A DNA stretch of 64,000 nucleotides, taken from the NCBI GenBank assembly GCA_963717505.1, contig OY970342.1, positions 928,001-992,000 on the forward strand. Reading direction: 5' to 3'. The notes below the pieces were generated by a model. It searched no databases. It saw nothing but the letters and a program-made list of their open reading frames with translations, and had not been told where the DNA came from. The stretch comes from Candidatus Eiseniibacteriota bacterium (GTDB lineage: Bacteria > Eisenbacteria > RBG-16-71-46). This document shows, piece by piece, positions 46,493 through 54,798 of this stretch. The translations under genes and the position numbers were made by a program. How positions within the stretch are numbered: the first letter of the stretch is position 1; every line of letters begins with the position of its first letter.

Positions 46493-47341
46493 TCACGCCC
46501 CCGCGGCGTCGCGCTCTTCGGCCGGGGGCGCGACGACCGCGCCGGGCACCGCGAACTCGAGCAACGCCGCTCCGGCTCCGGGCCCCGGCTCGTAGCAGCG
46601 CAGGTCGGCGCGCACGTCCTCGCCCAGGAAACCGCGCAGGATCTCGAGGTGGCGGAGACCCGCTTCGAGCTGGACGCGGTCGCCGTGCGCGACATTGTCC
46701 TCGGGAACCGTCGCTCGCTCGGCCTCGACCTCGGACCAGTTGCCGGCACGAAGTGCCGCGATCAATCGCTCGTCGACTTCCGCTCCCCCGGCCAGCTCGC
46801 GGCCGAATCGCCACGCGTGCTCGTTGAAGGTCAGGAGCCCTCCGACCACGAAGGCGACCGGGTCCGGCCACGTGCTCGCCACCTGCGCGATGGCAGCGCC
46901 GAAGGCGCGGCACTCCGACGCCGGCCGGTCGGCGACCGACACCGGCACGATGCGCACCCCGCGGTCGGGAATCAGGAAGCGCATCGGCACGCTGACGCCG
47001 CTGTCGACGCCGCGCTTGGTGGTCTGGACGCGCGCACCCGCGGCCGAGGCGCGCTCCACGATCGCCCGCGCCAACGCCGGGTCGCCCGCGCAGTCGTAAC
47101 GGACCTCGACGCCCAGGTCGGCGTAGTCGGTGATCGTGCGATGTCGCGCGCCGATGTCGACCAGGAACGGACCCGAGGTGCGCCAGCGCGCGCTGACCAC
47201 GACCACGGTGGACGGCCGGGCGGCTCGCATCGATGCCGAGGCGTCGACCAGTGCGGTCAGCATCGGGGTCTCGTGCCCGCGGTGCGCATCGACAGCCAAC
47301 GTGGGCAGGTGCGGGACGAGCCACGCGAGCGGGGTGATCAT
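46493..47341 (-). CDS. Class III extradiol dioxygenase (LigB/DODA)-like protein with degenerate metal ligands
   Basis: PHLP, VVVSARW, YDCAGDPALA, RGVDSGVSVPM fold motifs. Confidence 0.7.
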   Translation of the reverse strand: MITPLAWLVPHLPTLAVDAHRGHETPMLTALVDASASMRAARPSTVVVVSARWRTSGPFLVDIGARHRTITDYADLGVEVRYDCAGDPALARAIVERASAAGARVQTTKRGVDSGVSVPMRFLIPDRGVRIVPVSVADRPASECRAFGAAIAQVASTWPDPVAFVVGGLLTFNEHAWRFGRELAGGAEVDERLIAALRAGNWSEVEAERATVPEDNVAHGDRVQLEAGLRHLEILRGFLGEDVRADLRCYEPGPGAGAALLEFAVPGAVVAPPAEERDAAGA

Positions 47342-47348
47342 GGCGGCG

Positions 47349-48362
47349 TCAGTGGTGCCGGATGCGGAACTCGGCTTCGGCGCGCGCGGCGGCCCGCTCG
47401 TTGCCGGCGCCGACCGCGACCCCTTCGCGCCGAGCCGCGACCAGCAGCTCGCCGGGCAGCGGAAACACCACGCGTTCCTCGACCATGCGGAACTCCTCGA
47501 CGCGGTAGCTACCGAGCGCGCACACGCGCTCGACGCATTGCTGCACGATGTCCTCCGGGGTCGATGCGCCCGCGGTGATTCCGAGGTCACCGGTGATCCA
47601 CTCGGGCTGGATGTCCTCGGCCGACTCGATCAGGTAGGAACGGGCGCCATGTTGCGCAGCGACCTCGACCAGGCGATTGGCGTTGCTGCTGGCAGGTGCT
47701 CCCACCACCAGCACCAGGCCACACCGCCGCGCCAGCTCCTTGACCGCGTTCTGGCGATTCTGCGTCGCGTAGCAGATGTCGTCCTTCGCCGGCTCGTGGA
47801 TCGCGGGAAAGCGGAGCTTGAGCGCGCCCACGATCTGGCGCACGTCGTCGACCGACAGCGTGGTCTGGGTGATGTAGGCGACGCGCGCGGGGTCGCGCAC
47901 CTCGAGTCGCTCGGCTTCGGCAACGGTCTCGACCAACACGATCGCTTCGGGCGCCTCGCCCATCGTGCCCTGGACCTCGACGTGGTCGCGGTGGCCGATG
48001 AGCACGATCGTGTAGCCGTCCCGCGCGTACTTGAGAGCCTCGAGGTGCACCTTGGTCACCAGCGGGCAGGTCGCGTCGAGCGACTTGAGGCCGCGGGCCT
48101 CGGCTTCGCGACGCACCGCCGGCGACACACCGTGCGCGGAAAAGATCACGTGCGAGCCCTCGGGCACCTCCGACAGCTCGTCGACGAACACCGCGCCCTT
48201 GTCGCGCAGGTCGCTGACCACGTGACGATTGTGGACGATCTCGTGCCGCACGTAGATCGGGGGACCGTAGACCTGGAGCGCCAGGTCCACGATGTCGATG
48301 GCGCGGTCGACGCCCGCGCAGAAACCGCGGGGTGCGGCCAGATGCAAGGTGTGGGTGGTCAT
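47349..48362 (-). CDS. ispH: 4-hydroxy-3-methylbut-2-enyl diphosphate reductase
   Basis: PRGFCAGVDRA, IVHN, DATCPLVTKVH, QTTLS, ICYATQNRQ, TAGASTP. Confidence 0.97.
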   Translation of the reverse strand: MTTHTLHLAAPRGFCAGVDRAIDIVDLALQVYGPPIYVRHEIVHNRHVVSDLRDKGAVFVDELSEVPEGSHVIFSAHGVSPAVRREAEARGLKSLDATCPLVTKVHLEALKYARDGYTIVLIGHRDHVEVQGTMGEAPEAIVLVETVAEAERLEVRDPARVAYITQTTLSVDDVRQIVGALKLRFPAIHEPAKDDICYATQNRQNAVKELARRCGLVLVVGAPASSNANRLVEVAAQHGARSYLIESAEDIQPEWITGDLGITAGASTPEDIVQQCVERVCALGSYRVEEFRMVEERVVFPLPGELLVAARREGVAVGAGNERAAARAEAEFRIRHH

Positions 48363-48472
48363 CGGGCCGAGGAGTGTAATACAGGGCGACGCCGGACGCG
48401 CAGGCGGGAAAGCCCATGACGGAGCAGCCGCGGCCCGCGCCCCGCGTGGCCCGTCGTTAGATGACAGCTCGG

Positions 48473-49024
48473 CTAGCGGAGCCTCAGGTCCCGCGTCACG
48501 AGCAGAACGCCGTCTGTTCCCTTGGTCACGCGCTGCACGGTTCCGAAACGGCCCTCGCTGCGCGAACGCTCGCGCTCGGCGCGGGTCACCAGCGGATCGT
48601 CGTCGAAGCGAACCTCGAATTCCTGGCTGCGCTCGTCGCGCGTGACCCGGTAGTGGATGTGCGCGGGAATCGACCGATTGGGATAGGCCGCAGGCCGAAT
48701 CGTGTGCAGCTCGTACTCGCCGTTCTCGCCGCTCGTCAGGTCCGCGGTCAGCCGCGGCTCGCCGAGACTGCCATCGGGCGCGTAGTAGCCGCGCGTGTCG
48801 GTCTGCCACACGTGGAGTGCGGCCCCAGCCACCGGTGTCTTGCCATCGGCCGCAGTGATGCGTCCGCGAACGATCATCCGGGCGCCGGGCTCTCCCGGCG
48901 TGGCCACGGTCGCGCGCCACGGCGCCGCCTCGCCGGAATCCTGAGCCGCGGGGAACGCGGTCAGGAGCCCAGGGTTCAACATGATCGTAGCGGTCATCAA
49001 CGCCACTTTCGGAACACGATGCAT
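48473..49024 (-). CDS. Exported intradiol ring-cleavage dioxygenase-like protein
   Basis: WQTDTRGYY, TIRPAAYP, PAHIHY (Tyr/Tyr/His/His); N-terminal hydrophobic leader. Start uncertain. Confidence 0.8.
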   Translation of the reverse strand: MHRVPKVALMTATIMLNPGLLTAFPAAQDSGEAAPWRATVATPGEPGARMIVRGRITAADGKTPVAGAALHVWQTDTRGYYAPDGSLGEPRLTADLTSGENGEYELHTIRPAAYPNRSIPAHIHYRVTRDERSQEFEVRFDDDPLVTRAERERSRSEGRFGTVQRVTKGTDGVLLVTRDLRLR

Positions 49025-49204
49025 GCGGGCTCTCCTGGGGGATCGGTTCGCGAGAACGCTAGCCCGCAAACCCGCCCGGGCCGAACCCGGATCGACGAGC
49101 GGCGAGCCCGCGGCGACGAACGCCGTCCCCTGACAGGGGCGTGACCCGATTCCGTGGGCGAAGCGGGGCCGGGGCGTGACGGCGCGCGCGGCCCGCGGCC
49201 GACT

Positions 49205-50347
49205 CTATCGGCGTTGCGCCTCGCGAATCCGCGATTCCTCGGCCAGCGAATCCGCGGTCGCTAGTGCGCGAATCGAATCCGACGCGGTGGCCAGCTGGCC
49301 CGCCTTGAGGTTGCGCACGTAGCCGCGATTGAGCGGATCGGTGAACAACCGCTCGGCCGCTCGCAGCTCGCGCAGCGCGCCGCGCGAATCGCCCTGCGAA
49401 CCGAGGACGCTGCCCAAGACGACCCGTGCGTCTCCCGACCTCGGGTTGCGGCGGACGCCGTCGCGCGCGAGCTGGAGCGCCTCGTCTTCGCGCCCGGCTT
49501 CCTGAAGCATGCGGATCGCCTGCACGCGGGCGTTGTGGTCGTCCGGCCGCTGTTTGAGCCAGCGCAACGCAACCGCCAGGGCTTCATCCTTTCGGCCCAG
49601 GGACTCGAGCATTTGCATCTGCCCCTGAATCGCGAGCGCCGACGTCGAGTCGGCGGCTTCGGCACTTCGGTAGGCGGCCAGTGCTTCCTCCTGCCGGCCG
49701 GCGCGGCGTTCCAGGTTGCCGAGATTCACCCAGGCGCCGGCGTCGGAATCGTCGATCGCGATCGCGGCGCGGTACTCTTCGCGAGCATCGGCATCGCGCC
49801 CGAGCGTGGTCAGCACGACGCCGAGGTCCCGGTGCTCGGCCGCGCGGTCCGGCGGCAGGTCGATCGCGCGCCGCAGCGCTCGCTCGGCATCGGGGGGGCG
49901 GCCCTGCAGGGAGTAGGCGAACGCGAGCGCCTGCCAGGCCTGATCATCGTCGCTGCGCTCGGCGGTCAGCGCCTCGAGCAGCGTCGTCGCCTCGGCGGCG
50001 TTGCCGATACGGGCGAGCGCCAGGCCCAGCTCCCGCTTCGCCCCCGGGTGTTGCGGTTGCAAGTTCAGCTCGCGACGGAACGCCACGATGGCCTCGCGCA
50101 ATCGATCCATGCCCGACAGCACGACACCGATCCGATACTGGGCCTCGGGGAAGGTCGAGTCGGCGGCCGAGGCCGCGGCGTACGCGGAGATCGCCGAGGT
50201 CGGCCGGTGCTCCTGCTCGAAGCGGAGTCCATCGCCGAAGGCGGCCTGCGCCTTGGCGCGATCTCCGGGTGGCGCCGCCGACGTGGCCGCAAGCACGAGG
50301 GCCGCGGCGACGATCGCCACCGCGGCCCCGCTCTTAGGTTGCTGCAC
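49205..50347 (-). CDS. Tetratricopeptide repeat protein, exported
   Basis: Signal peptide; multiple TPRs (AQYRIGVVL, AWVNLGNL). Confidence 0.85.
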   Translation of the reverse strand: MQQPKSGAAVAIVAAALVLAATSAAPPGDRAKAQAAFGDGLRFEQEHRPTSAISAYAAASAADSTFPEAQYRIGVVLSGMDRLREAIVAFRRELNLQPQHPGAKRELGLALARIGNAAEATTLLEALTAERSDDDQAWQALAFAYSLQGRPPDAERALRRAIDLPPDRAAEHRDLGVVLTTLGRDADAREEYRAAIAIDDSDAGAWVNLGNLERRAGRQEEALAAYRSAEAADSTSALAIQGQMQMLESLGRKDEALAVALRWLKQRPDDHNARVQAIRMLQEAGREDEALQLARDGVRRNPRSGDARVVLGSVLGSQGDSRGALRELRAAERLFTDPLNRGYVRNLKAGQLATASDSIRALATADSLAEESRIREAQRR

Positions 50348-50351
50348 GGAT

Positions 50352-51155
50352 TCAGCGTCCGCTGAAGTTCGGCTTCCGTTTCTCGACGTAGGCCGCCAGT
50401 CCTTCCTTGGCGTCTTCGCTCTGGAACAGCTGCTGCTGCAGCTCGCGCTCGATCGCCAGCGACGACTCGAAGGGAACCTCGGCGCCGCTCTGCACCGAGC
50501 GCTTGATGCGTCCGACCGCCTTGGCCGCCTTGTTCGGCGGGCAGAACTGCTCGGCGTATTTCTGAACTCGCTCGATGAACTCGCTGGCCGGCGCGTCCCA
50601 GATCTGGTTCACGATGCCCAGTTCCATGCCCCTTTCGAAATCAAAGGTCTCGCCGGTGACCATCAGCTCGATCGCGGTCGACTTGTTGATCAGCCGGGCC
50701 AGACGCTGGGTGCCGCCGGTCCCAGGCAGCACGCCGAGCGTGACTTCCGGCAGGCCGATCTTGCCCGCGCCCTTGCGAGCGATGCGCAGGTCGGCGGCCA
50801 TCGCGATCTCGAGACCGCCGCCCACCGTGTGGCCGTTGAGCGCCGCGATCACCAGCTTGGGCGTGTGCTCGAGTCGATTCAGCGTCTCGTTGGCGTGCAG
50901 GCAGAAGAAATACTTGAAGGTCGGGTTGACCGTCTTGAGCATGTTGATGTTCGCGCCGGCGCAGAAGAACTTCTCCCCGGCCCCACGCAGGACCATCACG
51001 TGGACGCTCTCGTCGAAGCGCGCCTGGAGGATGGCGTCGTCGAGATCGCGCATCATCTCGTAGGTGTAGGTGTTGGCCGGCGGATCGGTCAGCTCGATCC
51101 AGGCGACGCCGTTCTTGACGCGATAGTCCACGAGCTTGGTTTTGGTGGCTTCCAT
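50352..51155 (-). CDS. Enoyl-CoA hydratase/isomerase
   Basis: FFCAGAN, GGGLEIA, GLPEVTLGVLPGTGGTQRL. Confidence 0.93.
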   Translation of the reverse strand: MEATKTKLVDYRVKNGVAWIELTDPPANTYTYEMMRDLDDAILQARFDESVHVMVLRGAGEKFFCAGANINMLKTVNPTFKYFFCLHANETLNRLEHTPKLVIAALNGHTVGGGLEIAMAADLRIARKGAGKIGLPEVTLGVLPGTGGTQRLARLINKSTAIELMVTGETFDFERGMELGIVNQIWDAPASEFIERVQKYAEQFCPPNKAAKAVGRIKRSVQSGAEVPFESSLAIERELQQQLFQSEDAKEGLAAYVEKRKPNFSGR

Positions 51156-51325
51156 GGGCTGGCTCCTTCGGGGTGTCGGTCGCGGCCGGCAGAGGCGCGG
51201 GGCGCCGTTCGCTGGCAGGGGTTCGTTTTCGAGCGGACGGAGTATACGGGCGCCTATGGAAAAGCTCCACCCCCGCGCCCACCAAAGCTTTGCTGGAGCC
51301 TGACACGCCCGACGACGAACTCATT

Positions 51326-51343
51326 CATCGTAAAACGCCGATG
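51326..51343. promoter_or_regulatory. Putative ArsR operator
   Basis: Inverted repeat CATCG-N8-CGATG in an AT-richer patch about 30 bp upstream of arsR. Confidence 0.5.
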
Positions 51344-51372
51344 GACGATAAACACGACCAGGAGGGGACGCG

Positions 51373-51705
51373 ATGACGACCCGACCGGAACCCAAGACCC
51401 GGCCGACCGGGCGCCGACACCGTGCGCTGGGAGTGGCCGGCCCCGATGCCGAGCTGGCGACGCTGGCCAAGGCGCTGGGACATCCGGCGCGAGTCGCGAT
51501 CGTCCGGATGCTGATCCAGTCCGGGGAATGCGTGTGCGGCGCGATCGTCGACCGGCTCCCGCTCGCTCAGGCCACGGTGTCCCAGCACTTGAAGGTGCTG
51601 AAAGACGCCGGGCTGATTCGTGGCGAGATCGATGCGCCGCGTGTCTGCTACTGCATCGACCCCGCAGCCGTCCGACGTCTCAAGCAGCTCATCACGGCGC
51701 TCTAG
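51373..51705 (+). CDS. arsR: ArsR/SmtB transcriptional repressor
   Basis: [33 protein letters not shown]. Confidence 0.9.
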   Translation: MTTRPEPKTRPTGRRHRALGVAGPDAELATLAKALGHPARVAIVRMLIQSGECVCGAIVDRLPLAQATVSQHLKVLKDAGLIRGEIDAPRVCYCIDPAAVRRLKQLITAL

Positions 51706-51736
51706 CCGGGCGCCTGAATAGAGGAGGATCACCACC

Positions 51737-52537
51737 ATGACCGAGACCACCGACATTCGCACCGTCGTCCGCGAGAAGTACGGCGCAATCGCCGAGGACC
51801 GCGCCTCGGGTTGTTGTGGACCCGATGCCACATCCGGCTGCGGCTGCGGTTGCGGCGCTGCCGACGTTCTCGAGCAGATCGGCTACAGCGCCGAACAGGC
51901 GGCTGCGGTTCCCGAGGGCTCGAACCTGGGCCTCGGCTGCGGCAACCCCCTCGCCTACGCCGCCTTGCGCCCGGGCGAGACCGTGCTCGACCTGGGCTCG
52001 GGCGCCGGGGTCGACTGCTTCCTCGCCGCGCGCGAGGTCGGCCCCAGCGGCCGGGTGATCGGGGTCGACATGACGGCGGCGATGGTCGAGCGGGCACGCG
52101 GCAATGCCGCCCGAAGTGGCGCCGCCAATGTCGAGTTCCGCCTGGGCGAGATCGAGCATCTCCCGCTGGCCGACGGCAGCGTCGATGTCGTGATTTCGAA
52201 CTGCGTGGTCAACCTGTCGCCCGACAAGCCCCAGGTGTTCCGGGAGGCCTTCCGCGCGCTCAAGCCTGGCGGTCGCATGGTGGTCAGCGATCTGGTGCTG
52301 CGCCGGCCGCTGGCCCCCGAGCTACAGAAGAACATCGACCTCTACGTCGGCTGCGTGGCCGGGGCGTCCCTCCGGGACGACTACCTGGGCTTCATTCGCG
52401 GCGCCGGGTTCCGGAACGTAGAAATCATGGGCGAATCGGGCTATTCGATCGGGACCGAGCACCTGCCGGCCGGCACCCCAGAGCTCGAGGCCTTCGACGC
52501 AGTGGCTTCGATCAAGGTGCGGGCGGTCAAGGCCTAG
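51737..52537 (+). CDS. arsM: Arsenite S-adenosylmethyltransferase
   Basis: Cys-rich N-terminus, [32 protein letters not shown]. Confidence 0.9.
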   Translation: MTETTDIRTVVREKYGAIAEDRASGCCGPDATSGCGCGCGAADVLEQIGYSAEQAAAVPEGSNLGLGCGNPLAYAALRPGETVLDLGSGAGVDCFLAAREVGPSGRVIGVDMTAAMVERARGNAARSGAANVEFRLGEIEHLPLADGSVDVVISNCVVNLSPDKPQVFREAFRALKPGGRMVVSDLVLRRPLAPELQKNIDLYVGCVAGASLRDDYLGFIRGAGFRNVEIMGESGYSIGTEHLPAGTPELEAFDAVASIKVRAVKA

Positions 52538-52574
52538 GCCCCCCGTCACCGGCCTTTCTCCAGGTCGCAACTCG

Positions 52575-52612
52575 AAGCGCCAAGGTGCCCTGACTGGGCC
52601 TTGGCGCTTTTT
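52575..52612 (+). terminator. Intrinsic terminator after arsM
   Basis: AAGCGCCAAGG...CCTTGGCGCTT stem followed by a T run. Confidence 0.65.
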
Positions 52613-52892
52613 CCCTCCCTGTAACACGGCCGACACACCCTGTACTCCGGTGACCCCCTAGGGTCTGGCACGTCCGGGGAAGCGGGCCGAAGGGTCCGCA
52701 ACCGGAACGCTGAACAACCTCCCGCATGCGTTCCGAAAGCACTGGGGCCCGCACCCTTGCTTCCCCGATCGGACTTGGAGCCTTCCAGAACCAAGGTCGC
52801 GCAATCGGTACCGCGGCCAGCGCAAGTCCGGCTCCGAACGCACACGAAGACATTCACGGTCTAGCAGGCACGCACACCTCAAGGGAGGCACC

Positions 52893-54638
52893 ATGCGATT
52901 CGACGCGAATGGGAAGCTTTCGTTCATCCATCGCGGGTTGTTTGCGCTCGCTCTGGTCGCCGGTACGGCGAGCAGCGCAGCGGCGCAGATGACCGGGAAC
53001 GGACTCTTGGTCTTCAACAACAACGCATCCGGCACGCTCGCCGGGCAGTTCCTGGGAACGGCGGGCGCCGGAGCTCCGGCCTGCGCCGGTCTTACGGCGG
53101 CGACGCTGTTCTCGGTCACCAATCCGAACAACAACTACGCCGATCCGCTCCTGAACGGCGGGATCTACCCGAACAACGACTTCCAGCCCGGGCTCGGCAG
53201 CCCGGCCTACAGCAACGCGGTGCAAGTGATCGCCGACGGATTCTTCGAGCAGGCCTGTTTGCTGGGCGCAGTGGGCCCCAACGCCGACGACCGCTGGTGG
53301 GAGGGCTGGACGTACTTCGATTCGACCGGCGCCAACCGCCAGGACCTGCACCTCGCGGGGATGCCCGACCCGCGGCCGCTTGCGACCTACGCCGGCATCA
53401 ACATCTATGGCCACCAGTATTTCGGGCCTGACAGCAATTACCTGGTTCGCGGCCAGCTGCGCGTCAAGAGCCAGGCCACGCTGACCATCGCCCCCGGCGT
53501 GGTCGTGTTCGAAGAGAACGCCTCGGTCGGCACGATCGTCATCGAGCGCGGCGGCAAGCTGATCGCGGTAGGCAACGCGTGCGAGCCGATCATCATCACC
53601 TCCGATCAGTATCCGAATCAGCGCCGCGGCCAGTGCGGCGGCATCGTGATGAATGGCCTCGCGAGGACCAACATCGTCAACTCGTGCGCCGGTGACTCCT
53701 CGGCCAGCGAAGGCGGCGCAATCGGCTTCTATGGCGGCAACAATGACGACGACTGCTCGGGCTACCTGCGCTACGTCCGCGTCGAGTACGCGGGCCGCGA
53801 GATCAGCGCCAACAACGAGCTGAATTCCTTCACGTTCAACTCGGTCGGCCAGAACACCCGCGTCGACTGGTGCCAGTCGTTCCGCGGCGCCGACGACGGC
53901 TTCGAGTGGTTCGGTGGACTGGCGCATTCCAAGTACTTGGTGGCGGTCGACGGCGCCGACGACGGGATCGACAGCCAGCTCGGCTCGCGGGTGCGCGTCC
54001 AGTTCGCCATCGTTCGCACGTCGCCGGAGCAGGCGCCGTCGCTGACTCAGTTCGGCGAGCGCGGCATCGAAGCCGACAACAACGAGTTCAACTTCGATCA
54101 GCTCCAGTGCGCGGGTCGGTCCTACATGCGGGTCGCCAATGCAACGTTCATCGGCGACAAGCGGGTGGGCGCGATCTACCCCGGCTCGAGCCAGGGCGCC
54201 GAGTGGCGTCGTGGCACGGCATACGACCTGCGCAATTCGATCATCACGAACTACAAGAGCGCGGCGATTCGCGTGAGCGACGATGCGACGTGGGCGGCCC
54301 ACTGCGCAGCCCCGCCGCCGGTTCCCGCCGTGTTCTGCCCGGGTGCCCTGGGTGTCAATCCGGTGGGTGCGGGCAACGTGTTCGTGGCCAACGGCCGTCC
54401 GAACCCGTTCCGCGACGAGGTCACGCTGTCCTTCAACCTGCCGACGTCGTCGCCGGTGACGGTGGAGATCTACTCGGCGGATGGTCGCCGGGTGCAGACG
54501 ATCGCCAAGGGCGAAATGCCTGCCGGCCCGCAGTCGCTGCAGTGGAAGCTCGACCGCTCGACCCCGAGCGGCGTGTACTTCTATCGCGTCCTCGCCGGCC
54601 AGAACGAAGCAACCGGCAAGCTGACGTTGGTGGACTGA
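52893..54638 (+). CDS. Secreted parallel beta-helix protein (TonB-receptor-associated family) with T9SS/FlgD-like C-terminal domain
   Basis: LTIAPG, GGIVMNG, YGGNNDDDCSGYLRYVRVEYAG, DDGFEWFGG; C-terminal PNPF...IYSADGRRV...SGVYFYRV. Confidence 0.8.
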   Translation: MRFDANGKLSFIHRGLFALALVAGTASSAAAQMTGNGLLVFNNNASGTLAGQFLGTAGAGAPACAGLTAATLFSVTNPNNNYADPLLNGGIYPNNDFQPGLGSPAYSNAVQVIADGFFEQACLLGAVGPNADDRWWEGWTYFDSTGANRQDLHLAGMPDPRPLATYAGINIYGHQYFGPDSNYLVRGQLRVKSQATLTIAPGVVVFEENASVGTIVIERGGKLIAVGNACEPIIITSDQYPNQRRGQCGGIVMNGLARTNIVNSCAGDSSASEGGAIGFYGGNNDDDCSGYLRYVRVEYAGREISANNELNSFTFNSVGQNTRVDWCQSFRGADDGFEWFGGLAHSKYLVAVDGADDGIDSQLGSRVRVQFAIVRTSPEQAPSLTQFGERGIEADNNEFNFDQLQCAGRSYMRVANATFIGDKRVGAIYPGSSQGAEWRRGTAYDLRNSIITNYKSAAIRVSDDATWAAHCAAPPPVPAVFCPGALGVNPVGAGNVFVANGRPNPFRDEVTLSFNLPTSSPVTVEIYSADGRRVQTIAKGEMPAGPQSLQWKLDRSTPSGVYFYRVLAGQNEATGKLTLVD

Positions 54639-54653
54639 CATAAGGACTCGTCG

Positions 54654-54699
54654 GACGTCGGGCTCGGCGGCGCCCCGCAGGCCGCCGAGCTGCGACGTC
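54654..54699. other. Intercistronic GC-rich stem-loop
   Basis: GACGTCG..GCTCGGCGGC / GCCGCCGAGC..CGACGTC between the beta-helix gene and the TonB receptor gene. Confidence 0.5.
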
Positions 54700-54798
54700 A
54701 GGCGATCCTCGGTCGAAGGGGCCGAGGGTCGCTGTTCCATCGTGAGGAGGTTCATTCGGATGAGTACCCATCTCCCTGGCAGCCTCATTCGTAGCCGC

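Noticed and set aside
52615-52645. Possible Pho-box-like direct repeats (CCTGTA x2)
   Set aside because: The spacing is 21 bp and the match is too weak to support a call.
52666-52681. TGGCACG as a sigma54 -24 element
   Set aside because: No GC at the -12 position.
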